A stretch of 64,000 nt of DNA from contig OZ287754.1 in the NCBI GenBank assembly GCA_965649765.1, positions 37,510,001-37,574,000 on the forward strand, written 5' to 3'. Each line of letters starts with the position of its first letter. Within the stretch, counting starts at the first letter, position 1. The notes under the pieces were generated by a model. The model had not been told where the DNA came from. It worked only from the letters and a program-made list of their open reading frames with translations, and searched no databases. Both the position numbers and the translations under genes were made by a program. This stretch comes from Bispira polyomma (taxonomy: Eukaryota). This document shows, piece by piece, positions 14,404-27,900 of the stretch.

Positions 14404-15924
14404 TGAATGGGTGATGTATCAATTAATATATAAAATGGGGTGTTTAGAAATGCTTAAACTCGCTTGTTCTCGCTATTTAGCCATTTACGTCCAATGTACA
14501 GATTAAATGATCAATGGAACAACAACAGCTAATTACTACAAGGCCACTGCTTTGCAGTCCATGTGGTAAATGGAACATAGTACCAACCTCTCCATGTAAG
14601 TATGCTGTCCTTTAAGAGTACTTCACTACTGTTTTGCTCTGTGGGTTTAACATGTACACATACAGATGTATGACTATGTAAGTGAAACAGTTACAGAGTA
14701 AGTGTACAGGTTCTGGCCAGAGAGTCATTTGATGTTTCACTCCGGGCGTTAGTTCATAAAACAACAATAAACCTAAGTTGTGATTGTCCTTAAGTACATA
14801 TGAAAACTGAATTGAAACAATGTTGTCACTTTGAAGTTAATTTTGGCCCACTGGAATGAACTACGAATAAAGCAAGTTGCTTTGGTGAAGCAACAATGTC
14901 CACAGATAGAGGTCCTTGGATACATTATGATTTTGTTTACTGACCTAATACAGATCACCTTTGATGAGTTTCACGAGGAAATAATCTTTACATGAGAACT
15001 AACCACTTTTAAATATGATATAAAAGTTACATTATGTATATTTTTTTTTGTGTGTGCAGATATTGACGTTGTTAGATGTGTCTGTTGTGTTCAAGAATGC
15101 AATAGTTGTTCCTCGATAGCAGAAAAATGTGTATGTTGAACTTTACAAAAAACTAAGTGCCAGGTCTCTTTAACTCCTACATTAATTGTAAATCATGGTA
15201 TAAAATATTTACCACTTAAAAAAATATAACACACTTTCCTTACATAAAACAATAATTCAAAGTACTGGTTTCAATGGCTGACATCTGTCATGATGGCACA
15301 CTGTAACAAAAACCATCAGATATGATCCATAGCCTACCATTACCCAATAACACTTCTTTTACAAACTTTCTATGGGAGAACAGACATCAGAGATAGGTGG
15401 CAGACAAGAGGAAAGGATGGACTAAAAGTAATTCTATTTGTCAAATAACTTTGACTGGCCCTGGTTGTTTAAATAATGCATTGGCATTAATGGGTTTCAG
15501 CAGCCAGAAATAGGCTGTGTTTACCTGACAAACAGTGCAGCTTTGATCTTGTAAGCTGCCTTTGTGCTGTATAGTGTTAGTATATATGGTACTTTACACA
15601 TTAGTGCATTTAACAGAAACAATATCAGGAATCAGTTATTTGTGGCAGAGTAGGATGTAGTCAGTTCAGCATGTGCTAGATAAAAAGTAAACTAGTTTCA
15701 AAGCCTCAAATGTCCGAGCATTTACGTCTGTTCAGCCACATTTGGACAACAGAATGCTCTTGTATAGTCACTGAGATTTCTCATTTTGCTCGCATTAGTC
15801 TCACCTACTTCACTGGTTAATTGGGTTACTTGACCTACAACAAACACATTTTGGCCACCTAGTTTATCTGAAAAAAGTATACATCCATAAAGTTCACCAA
15901 GACAGATTCATATCAGTAAGCCTA

Positions 15925-16100
15925 ACCTCAATTTTCTCCAGGTTCTAAAATAAGAAAAGTTTATTTTTTCTTTTAGAAACCATCTTAAATCTTATACTTC
16001 AACCAAGCCTTTCCAGCATAGTCGCACTTTTTCTTGGCTTAATGCTAATACTTTTTGTTAAATTATATAGACACCTCATAAGTACCCTAGATTAGATTGA
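15925..16100 (+). mobile_element. Short LINE 3' remnant
   Basis: RNHLKSY..NQAFPA* followed by a TAGATTAGATT tail like 20085-20410. Confidence 0.4.
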
Positions 16101-19100
16101 AACACATGATTGCTTTTAAGAATTAATATTGTTAAGAAATAGTTAGAATCATCCTCGTGAGACGATCCATTACTGCTTTCACAATACTTTTAGTATTCTA
16201 GTCATTTACCCAAGATTTCCATCCTTCACATGATGGTTGATCTGTGGCATGATGTGTAAAGTGAGGGTTGATTCTTGCAATGTCATGCATGTAGGAATTC
16301 TTTAATGGAGGACGTTGGGGTTGGGGTACTATTTTCATCCATCAATAAACTGCCTATTGTATTGTAAAAGCGGCAGTAGAATTAAAATTAATCTAAATAT
16401 ACAGATAATAGTTTATTAAACACTTTCCAGACATAAAGACAATTTTGGTATGTCACAAAAAGCAATAGGTTCAGACCTTATTTGCGATTCGTGACCTTGA
16501 CACAAAACTAACCTATCCTTGAGCCTTATAGCTGACATTTGAATTTATCACATGTATCCATAATGTCTACAAGTCTGAAAATAGTAACGTGGTGTCCAAG
16601 ATTTTTATCATGTAATCTATTTTACAGTAAATATATAACTTCTTGTAGCATATAAAACTAGTCCAAACCCATTATGTAAATGCTAAAAGCAACAACCTTA
16701 GCCAGTTGCTATTATTAAATGAATAACGTATGAAAATACCCATGTTAAAATGATTAACTGGAGCTCAATCATAATTTCATTAAGCTGACCAAACCAATTC
16801 TAACCTGTTGCGACTGGTTTGTGAGCATATTCCACAAATTGAAGGTTTACCAAAATTTGATCAAGTTAATAATGAATAGATCTGAACAATGCTTCAGAGC
16901 CTCAATATAATTTGTGTTTATTATACACTAATACTTTGGTGGGTATATACCGGATTCGTGGGACATTCCGGGCTTTAGTATTAACCATTTTGCATAGTGA
17001 TTTCACCTACTTTCTAATCAGGTAAGCTATGATGCATTACCAGACGGAAGAATCCCAGAAGTAAAAAAAATGTCTGTTAGCTTTGTCAACATAAAACATA
17101 AAACATTTTTGTATTTCTACACAACCTATACAAGAGAAATATCAACCATAAATATAAGACAAATATAACATTAACCTTGTTACAACAAGGTATATGTCTT
17201 GATAAATATAATGATCAATATATCTACACCCCCCAAAATGGGTCATATAATATAGATATAAAACATGGTGACCAAAATTATAAAATTCACCTGCATTGCA
17301 GCTATCAAAACTTTTGCCCGCTATCACAGAGGCCACATTTTTGCCTGTGCTGTCCATTCGTTTTTGTGTAATTTTGGGATTGCACCAAAACTACCAAACT
17401 GATTTATGTGAAATTTGGTGGATCGATGGTGCTTAAAACCTGGGGTTGGTGGTACTTTTAAATTGTATACTTATTTTGCTGACAGGTGATTTCATCTTGA
17501 CTATTTTAAATTTCTCATTAGTTAAAATATTAATTAGGTTAGTCCACATATTCACTATTACTTAAACTTAATTTTAGCTTTACCAAGATATTTACTATCA
17601 TTTCCTGCTATCTATTTTATAGTATCACTGAGAGGAGATGGAAGACACCTCCCAGGAAATGAGCTATATGTAAACAAGAGGTGTCTTTAAAAGACATAGA
17701 TGCACAATGTGAAATACACTATTATTGATATGGCCAATATTTACTCAGACCCCTGTCACTCCTACAAATATCAATCTGACACTCGTCAGTTTGGGCAGGT
17801 TGATTACTTCTAACCAATCCATAAAGGCCTTACATCTTATCACTAGAATGGCGAATCTCTTATCAAAGATGGTCGCGAATGAATAATACAATAACATGCA
17901 TCGCCTGATAAAAAGGCTTCAAGTGTTTAAATATACCACAGTGAAAGGAAACCTCCTACACACAGTTTAGGGAAATAGCATTCTGGGATTCAGTGCTCGT
18001 AAATATGATACATTATTCATGGTCAGGGTCTGGGGTGAAGTTGCTATTAAAAGTGATACAAGGCTTCAAAGTTTAGGTTATAGTGTGTATTTTGTGTATC
18101 TGACCTTTAAGACAAACATTTTAGGTACCAAGGATCTACCTATTGTTAAAACAGCTCTTTGAAAATGATTCCTAGTACTCTTAATAATATAGCACTGTGG
18201 TCTGCTATTTGTGATAACTTATACTATGCTACATTTACACACATTTAATAGCTGTACAACTCACCAGTTAATACAAAGGTGTAGGAATTAAACTACTAGT
18301 CTTAGTGATAACTAGCAGTGATTGTAGTACAACGATAATATAACCATTTTCCATGAATAAATACAGTACAGAAATGATACACTGCAAGATATGCAGTTGG
18401 TATTTACAAGACGTCTGCTTAAAAGAGATAGATGGTGATGAAATGGAATGTTTTACACGGTGATATGTCTTTGATTTTGACATCACACAGAAGTTGTAGT
18501 TGAGCCACTAAGTAAGACCTTAAAGCATGGCTGTATATTACCCTAGTATGGTCACCTGTGTTGATACAGAAGAATGTGAAACACTTAATATATTATTGAG
18601 AAGTTTGATAAATCCTATTTACAGAAATGTAGTGGTAATATTGTATTATGTTAATATTGTCATACATGTTGAAAATCAAAGTTAAGTTTGAGATTTCAAC
18701 ACAGTTAAGAATTAACACTTTCTACCTCCCCAATCAATAATGTTCCCTCCTGACATAAGTATTGGGATGTATCATTCTATAATCCCAGGCGACATCAGAT
18801 ATCAAAGGCCTCGCCCTGCTGATACTAAGGAGGATTCACTAGTGAGAAGCTCATGTGAGATCTGTTTTCACGTGAAACTGCGTGACTATTTCATATCCAG
18901 GGGCTTGGACCACTGGGAAGGAGATGGATTTCTACTGGGGGTGGTCCTCATGGAATGTTTCAGAATTGTTGTCCTGTGGAGACTTAGTCTTTCATGAGAG
19001 AACCACAACACACAAGCAGTCCCTACTGATTGTGTATATTATGTGTAAATAAAAAGGAAAGGAACTTGTTCATTTTGATTTGGGTTTAACACCGCTTGCT

Positions 19101-20084
19101 GATGGAAGCCAGTTTATACTAGTTGGTCAAGATTCTACTCTGAAAACCTGTGACTGCGGCAGGTAACTGCCAACTTTCCCACTTAAACGCTTGAGCCGAG
19201 ATTCGAACAGGTAATTCTGTGTATCCTGTGGCAATTCTTTGTGTCAGTTTATTTCTTGAAATTAAAAAAAAAAACGAAAGGAACTTGTCAAAGGACGAAA
19301 ATTATTTCAAAGTTTTCCTTCTCCACGTCAATACCAGGCACCATTACTAAACCCATTAAGACAATAAAGAGTATTGTATTTGCATTTTGCATTTTAACAT
19401 GCCTTACTGATGCAAGCCATCTTCTGAAGCCACGCAGTTAAATCATGATCGGCCTAATAATGCTCCACATGATTATAAAGGATTTGTGATAACGCATATT
19501 TCAGTCTTTTATTTCATGGTACAGAACAAAATAAACAGCAATTTATATTTAAATTTCTAAAACGTCAGGATATTGGTATTCATAAGCACACTATCCACAC
19601 CACTTTATTGTTGCTTTGGGACTAAACTAATTTACAGTGATTTAATTCACTCTAGAACTGAACACAATTCCTTTCACAATTTTTTCCTATTTACTAGAGA
19701 TAGCCTGCTCTAATTACCATCATCAACATTTTTCCCAGTAGAAAGGCCAAATTTATTTTTTTTCTTTGACAAAGTGTGCTAATGCAATCTCTATTTATGT
19801 AAAATTAGAGTAAATTCTCTTGCTCCTTCTATCTGGTGCAGCCTTAAGTTGTTTTCATTCTAAAAAGGGCGCCACCATCTTAGAAATAGTATGATAAACC
19901 TTCATAGATTGGTTGGAAGCAATTGACTGGTCCAAACTGAGGGGTGTCAGATTTGTATGAATATATAGTGGCCATATCAACGTTAGTGTTTACCCCTGTG
20001 TATTTTTAAAAGACAACTTTTGCTCGCACTTTTTGTCAGTAAAAAAATGATTGTCATGTTGCAAAATCAATCAGGTCAATTGCA

Positions 20085-20410
20085 CATATTTCACAAAGTA
20101 AAGGTTCACAGGTCAAAAAGACATTTTAAGAATGGTTTCTAATATGATGCTCCTACGCTGTGGAATGATCTGCCTTATGATATTCCAACTGCCTCCTCAC
20201 TTGCTGTTTTAGGAAAAAAGATCAAAACCTACCTATTTAGCAAGGCTTTTCCAGCTTAGCCTCCTTAACTTTTTTGCACCGTCCCCATCGTCATGACCCC
20301 TGTACGTCCAATGGCTATATGAAATTATCAAAATAATTTTCTGCCCTATGCACCACAACATTTGCTAGCACAGAGATAGACGCTATAAAAGTTAGATTAG
20401 ATTAGATTAA
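20085..20410 (+). mobile_element. L2/CR1-clade LINE 3' end
   Basis: YDAPTLWNDLPYDI...KKIKTYLFSKAFPA* followed by a 3'UTR and (TTAGA)3 tail. Confidence 0.75.
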
Positions 20411-21465
20411 TTGCTTGCAGTATTCTGGTTTTATTTAACTTCCTATATATCTTTTCACAAATCTGTTGATAGAACTAGACTAAGTAATCCTGATGAAGTA
20501 TATTTAAATGTTCCATATTTTGTACTTTAATACATTAATCTAAGGTTCACTTTGAACGTAGTTTCCCACATGATGTACCAAAGCTGTGCAATGACCTTTA
20601 AAGCTTTAAAAATGTAAAAAGCACTAGCTGTTTTCTTGTTGTTCACCGTTTCTCTGGTTTAGAGATATGGTTTTCTGGTTTACAAAGTGTGCCTTAGAGA
20701 GATTCCGCTAGCATTGAGATTGGGTGTTTGGTTGTTGATTGAATCCAGGTAAAATTTTCCTCTTATTGATTTAGATTGAAGTTTCTTATTTTAGTTGTAT
20801 GTTACATATAATTACATTTGATGTGAAATCACCCAGTTTCTCACAAACAGTATTAGACAAAGAAGTAACTTAATCCAAGATATGAATGTGACACAAACCA
20901 AGATAAACCGAGCCGCCTAATGTTATTAGCCTTTACTTAAAGTAAATCTCAAAACAAGCAAACAAATCCAATAAAAATCTAATGTGCTACAGCTCTCTTG
21001 TAGAAAGTGCAATTTTTTTAATGGAGCTTGAGTTTCATTGAATTTTATTGAATTAGGTAGTAGGCAAACCTTATTGAATCAAAGCTTTGTGGCCATTCAG
21101 TAGCCTATTTCCGGATTAATAATTTGATATGTTCGAGGTTATTGACTTACTTGTGTCACCACAGTGGACTATCTGGTTACAGTTTCTAGAACTATTTGCT
21201 GAGTTAGGGCCCCAACATATAAATGATAAAATGTACATTGGAACCTCTATTGCCCAAATTTCTCTTATCCAAAGATTTGATTTGATCAGCTTAATCTTAC
21301 TCTCCCAAAAATGTACATTTCTCTGTTGCTTCATAATGAAATACAGCTTTATACCTTCCATTATATAAATGTGTTCGGATAATAGAAGTTCCATCACCGA
21401 TTTTTTATGACATGTTTGTAGACAAGCCCTAATGGGCCAAGTGTTTTCTGTGTCCACATTCTCAC

Positions 21466-21588
21466 CTGTTTCTGCTGACTCTGTAAGGACGTCTCAGTTA
21501 CCAGGCTACTTCTGACGTCATCAGCAAAGTCTGATTTCTTTAGAACCTCAATGGCAATAGGGCTGGCCATGGTATGATCACTGAGAGC
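21466..21588 (-). CDS. Exon of an unidentified minus-strand gene
   Basis: TTTTTTTCTAG acceptor, CAG|GTGAG donor, 123 nt open (ALSDHTMASPIAIEVLKKSDFADDVRSSLVTETSLQSQQKQ), phase 0-0. Confidence 0.6.
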
Positions 21589-24500
21589 CTAGAAAAAAAT
21601 AACGAATCAGAACAACTAGTTAGTTAAGGTGTCTGAACTGTAAACCACTGGCCTTTAGCAAGTCTACCCCCAAATAGTAAATCTATCAGAGAAAATTAAC
21701 CAAATAATTTTTTTTTTTTTTTTATGAGCTGACATGTAATAAATAGCAATATTTGAACTCTTAATTCACTTTAATATTAGGAATTAGGAATATTTTGAGT
21801 CAGTTCATCCCCTTTATAACCATTCTCCAAAACAGTTATCCAAGTCTGATAAAATAGTTTGGTCTAAAGTCCTGTATATGTCGATGTTATTGTGTTTTTG
21901 TTTGTAAAATTTAAAAAAATCCATCCAGTCTACCCTCTAATGTAGTCAGTGAAACAATTAAAAAAATGGAAAAGTATAGAAATGTCAGAAGCAGATCCAA
22001 TTCACAATTTTAAGTAAAAATGCTTGATGTTGTACAGGTGTTGAATGGGTTCAAATCAAATATAGATTCATTTTAATGATGCTTTGAGTTTAACGTTGCT
22101 TTTAACTATTGTGCATTATATTGTGACATGAATTTCATTTGATAGAGAACACTAAACAGGGGTAACCACCAGTCATTAACTTGGACCCTAACCCATATCC
22201 CTGATTAAATGTACATGTAGGCATCCATTTCCTCTATAATATGCCATAGTTGACAAAGGAGGAAAATATACAAAAACAGCAAAAAAATAGTACCTATGTG
22301 AAGACAACAGCTGAATGAACCAATAGGCAATTTTACAACATCAAGAGTAATGAGCTAATAAGAAAACCTTAGCTTGGTCCATTGATATTCCATTAACAAG
22401 GAAGAGTTTCACAAAAGAGAGAGCTATCAAGGCAGACGTCTGTGGATGTAGTTTTGTCACACAGTTCACCTAAAAAGTTTGGAATAATCATCATGCCATT
22501 GATTGTGTAAATGTAACTATAAATTTGTCTATATAGCACAACACCTGAACAGGCGTTAATTATGTACCAATAATAACCCTTTGTTATGAAACTTCTAAAT
22601 ATTAACTATGTTAACCTTTATAAGCACAATAGCAATTATTTCACTTGTCTATTGATGACTACATTCATTACCACCACTTTTTGCTAAGTTTGCTGATGTA
22701 ACACACGACAATACATTCAATATCCATTCTTTTGGGCATTTGTATGTATTGATATTCAGTTTTATACACAATGCATTTAGCTACCTTTGTAAGTGTAATT
22801 AACCTGCCATTCAACATCCCATCCAACTAGCACCAGTAACTGTCATTTTGCTATCCGAAGTCAGAGGGTTGGTGATGACCATGTATCAATGTCCTGAAGG
22901 TTATTTAGCATGTCACCTGAGAGAGTGCCACATAACAGAGGCCTTTCATACTAAGTGGTCATCTGAAACACTATGTATCTACTTGTATCTGGGAGCTCGA
23001 GCTTGGGATATATTCCAGGTCCTCTGCTTTCAAAACCCATATTTCCATAGCGGCAGAATATCCATTAGTGAAAGCATTGGCAGATAAAAGCCCTGAATCA
23101 CCAATGCCCCTCCTCCCTGGATATCAGTAAATTACAATAATACATATTCTCAAAAAGTGAATGAAAACATAACTGATAATGCAAGGAATTTGATTATGGG
23201 CTAATTTTTCCACGTTTCAAGGTTTATTTTGAAGTGACCTATACTGGAATTATCAATATTTATCAATATGACATCAAAGAAATATTTAATCAGGCACTTC
23301 TGATGCACACAACTGCTTTTTGTATATAGTTGGAATGTTTTTTGATCTGACAAAAAAGTATGCAGAATAGTTTACAGGAGCTTAAATAGACAGTTCTCTG
23401 AGAAGCTGCAGTGGTCCAGAGTCTGCTTTAATATCACCAGTCTCTCACCTCTGGGAACAGTGGGCTCACAGACACTTCTTCCGTCATGCGGGGAAGTTTT
23501 CGTGGTACTTGCCATAGGCTGGCAGTTTCTAATTAATAGTACTGCTTTCCCTCCACCAATATATTTGGCCTTTTTCAGTATAGTCAAAGATAAATAAATT
23601 CAAATTGTTCTCTGATAAGGGATAGGTTGACAACACAACATTAGATTGTCTTCAGAAGGCACATTTTGGCGAGGGATGTTATCTTTCCTTTGCAACTGTG
23701 GCTTATGACTTTACTCGGAATAGAATCTGAGACCATCAGTTCCAGGATCAGCTACCTGAGCAATAGACCATTATAGTAGTAATGTCAATTGTGAAACAAG
23801 GAAATGACACTCATTCACACACAGTTGTCACTGAGGAACAATAGGATGTAATTAAATTCTAATCATAACTTTATATATATCTTACATTGAGTTGTTACAT
23901 TGCACATACAATGATCCAATTAAAATTTTATCATTATTGCTTGAATTGTAATCGTCCATGTATCTTAAATGTCACCCACTCAAACATATGGTATCTCCAT
24001 TTAAAGAGAATAGAGAATTGATCACATAATTAATGGAGTTATTTAATGATTTGCCCAAAAACATCTCCTTTGTTGGATGGTTAACATTACGTGTCTCATA
24101 CTTATTGGTCACTGAACAACAGATCTCTCAGAAATATCAGTGGGTTTAAGTGATGCTTAAAGAGTTTACAAATACTTTATATTAATTATCAAAATATATT
24201 AGTACATATAAGGGTAACTGTGAAGAATAACAACAAAAACAGCAATTAATGAACAATCATTTCTTTTATCAAAGAAATAAAACATAGAAAGTTTTTCAAC
24301 TGAGAAAAGTTTCTAGAGACTAACACAATTATGACTGGTCTTAATACTGCCATAATAATATAACATTCGAATATAATTCTAAATTGCTAGTGTTACCATT
24401 TCATAGAAATGTCTGATATCTTGCTGACGTTATGCACATCTTTCTGTTTGACTTAGTTTTAAAATGCTACCTGTTTATTACCTGTGTATTGTGAACCGTA

Positions 24501-24835
24501 TCTACACTCCTTTTTATTTGACTCATTAAGTTATCTACAATGGCTTTCTGTTTATTATTTACATAGCTCAAAGTATCAATCTCAATATGTATCTTTTTTG
24601 ACTAACAAAATATATATAAATACCCAAAAGAAAGAATATGATTTGTTAAGTTTAATCTTAATAAGAGGGTTATTTTCTGAGTAATGAGCCACCAATCTTT
24701 GGAACAATTGAGTCTGCATGTTACGTAATCAAATGGAAATAAATGAGATTGGCATTTGAATCTCACATGCTATAGAACGATGGACCTTTTATTTTATTTT
24801 CTTGAATATTGATACAATTAAGTGTTATTGTGACT

Positions 24836-24843
24836 TATAAATA
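24836..24843 (+). promoter_or_regulatory. Candidate TATA box of VWA paralog 1
   Basis: TATAAATA about 95 nt upstream of ATG 24934; comparable position to the TATA boxes of paralogs 2 and 3. Confidence 0.5.
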
Positions 24844-24933
24844 GAAGGGGTCTTGAGCACCAAAGATCACACACCCAGAGTGGGAATTCTTCAAGACAAC
24901 CAGGTGTGATTTTGATAAGGACAACATTCCAGA

Positions 24934-27900
24934 ATGAATAGCCTGTTCGTACTTGTCTTGGTGGCGGCTACTTGTGGTAAGCATGCTGTATTTGATTTTG
25001 GATTTAACACCGCTTTCAACACATTGTACAGGTCATGTCACGATGGGCAGCTTTTAGAGCAGTGGATATACTAATTGGTCAAGACTCTACACTTTAAACC
25101 AGCCGTCATCGGCAAATAACTGGCAACTTTTCCGGTCTAAATTTGAATCGAATAGGTGGGAAGCGAGTGTGTTGGTACTGCGCTACCGAGGTCTGTGTAA
25201 GCATGTTTGAATAAGGCGCGGGGGTGGGGGGGGGATATGATATATTTGAGCTTTTTGTTGATCCTGAGATATTATATGGTCTATGTATGTGTGTATTCCA
25301 GTGTGAAAGTATGTATGTAGTACTGAAATGCCTCCCCCTTAATGGGCGGAATAACCATGTCAAAATGTTTCAGGTCAGTAGGGCTTTTTCAGGAGCTGTT
25401 GTTAAAGAGCAAAGCTCTTCGTATTCACGAAGGGACCAGGTCTCAGGCTTAAATCTTTAGAGAGTAGTGCTAAAGCATTGCTGATAAGCAATGCCCATTG
25501 GATAGATTTTCCATTAGATAGCTAGTATTATATAAAAACAAACTATCACTACTAAAGTCTTAAATGGAAACCTCCAGCATTAATATGTATTTAACTTTCA
25601 GAATATTGTGTTTTCAAGCTACATGTGTGGTTAAGATTTTGTAGAATAAACCAATTACCTTGTATGAAAGCTACCTATTAATTGTAAAAGTACCACACCT
25701 ATGAACTAAAACGTCTTTTCCCAAAGTAACTAAAAAAAAAAAACTTTTTCAAAACCGGTAAAGTTTTTTACTCAAAGAAGGGGTGCGGTAATGTGTTTAG
25801 ATACCCTGGTTTTGTATATGACTTGTACCGTCCATATCATTAAGATTCTTAGTCACAAGTGGGGAACAACAATTTGTATTTTGTTTTCTTTAACGTCACT
25901 TTCAATTCACATTTTGTCATGTCATGAAGGGCACGTTTGTGGTGTTTGGTTGTTGGTCTATTTTTGGGTTCTGAAAGCCAACCTTTGGCAAGTGTACTGC
26001 TAATTTCCGACATACATGCCCAAGTCAAGGTATTCATACACAATACCGCAGAGAGATATTATTACTAAACCACTGAGGCCCCTTGAAGAAACTAACCTTC
26101 ACAACATATTTTTAAAATATTTGTTGTCACATTTGGGGAGGGATGCAGCCACCTGTAAAACTACTGGTTTTGGGTGTCAGTCATACCCCCCACATCATTA
26201 CGTCAAATGTGAGGGGCAGCAATATGTAAAACTGTTTTAGGCAGTGGTTTGAAGTGACGCTTGAACCCTCAGCGTCATAACAGTTTTAGTCTCAGATTTG
26301 GGGCAGCAATGTGTAAGCATACTCATTGTTTTATGCATTGGTTATGGGCATAGCCCTACGTACACTCAAATAATATGGTGTTTTTTGGCTCAGGTGGAGC
26401 GACAGTAACATGTTAATCTACTCTGTTTTAGGTACTGGTTTGGGATCTCACCAATACGGTCATCATCATCATCATCATCCTACACACAAACATGAGCCAT
26501 GTGACATCTGTGAAGAAGAAGACTTTTTAGGATTTGGTACACCGTCCAGTAAGTGTGGATGTTGTCCCTGGCCGTGCTGCTGCAAGTGCTTTGAGAGTCC
26601 AGGCGAAGAGCCAGGTGAGTTTGAAGGGGAAGGAGTGTCCGCTGGACAGTACAATACGTCAGAATTTGGAGTGTGGCGTTCACTCTACTTTAAACAATAA
26701 AATTAACTGTATCATCCTGTATAAATCAATACTTTAGGCATTCTTGTTATCTACAGAACAGGTTCTTATATGAACTTCTTCATTAGAAGTTTATTTTAAC
26801 CATGTATGAACTTTGTCAGAAGTAGTTTGTCAAAATAAGATGTCGGGGCCGCGGTGGCCTAGTGGTTAGCAAGCATTGCGTTTCACAATCACTGGTCTGT
26901 CACCTCTGAGCGGCATGAGTTCGAATCCTGTCGATGCCTATGTGGAAAAGGTGGTAGTTCCTTACTGTGGGCCGCTGGTTTCAGTGCAGAACCTTGATCA
27001 ACTGTATGCAGTGTTTCCTCCAGGGTTTCCATCGACCCATCCCAATATAACCTAAACAGGTACTAGAGTGGACGTTAAATATCCAAATAAAAAAAAAAAA
27101 AAAAGAAGTTTTGATTCCGCTTATGTATATTTTAGTGGTTTCTTTGTCCCAAACGGAATATGTTGATTAAATTTGGTACATGCTTGAAATGCTGATTTGG
27201 CTTGGTAGAAGACATTCATTTGACGTTTAATTTTTTTCAATTTAAACCACTGTTTATTTTAACCATACCACTCCAAAACAAAACTATCACCAGGAAATAA
27301 TTTTTTTTATTTATTTATTTATTTTTTTTTTTGAGGGGGGGGGGGGGTAGATTACAGTTAGCTGGCGTCACTAAAACACGCCACAGAGAACTTTCAGCAT
27401 TAAATAACAGCCTTATGCTGTATATTAATCTGGTATATTAATATGTTGCAGTATGTAGAAGTGTTCTCGACATTATGTGGGTTCTTGACTCTAGTGGATC
27501 CATAGGAGATATAGACTGGATTGTGGCCAAACAGTTTGTTTCCGATGTAGTTGGTGAACTGGATGACATTGGACTCAACCAACTGGTAAGAATATAATGC
27601 ACTATTTATTGTGTATCTTTCTCCAAGGGAAGGGGCCGTGACGGCCCAGTGGTTAGAAGTGATTGGGAATGCTCAAAGGTCCCTCACCAATGGGGCTTTC
27701 GAATTCCGTTGATTCCTTCATGTGAAAAGGCTGTCACATACTTACAATAGATAAAGGGTTTCTGTCACCATTAAATACAAACTTATGATATAACCTACAC
27801 TGTTGAAAGTGACGTAAAATCTTTAGGGGTCAGTAGATTGGCTGTCATAGGTATATAACTAATTCTATTTTAGTAAGTACCATATTTGACGTCATTATCG

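Noticed and set aside
26410-26700. His/Cys-rich ORF as a metallothionein (also 42512-42709)
   Set aside because: Bounded by splice sites; it is exon 2 of the VWA genes.
26845-26935. tRNA-like A and B boxes
   Set aside because: No cloverleaf; followed by a SINE body and poly(A), with many degenerate copies. It is a SINE head, not a tRNA gene.
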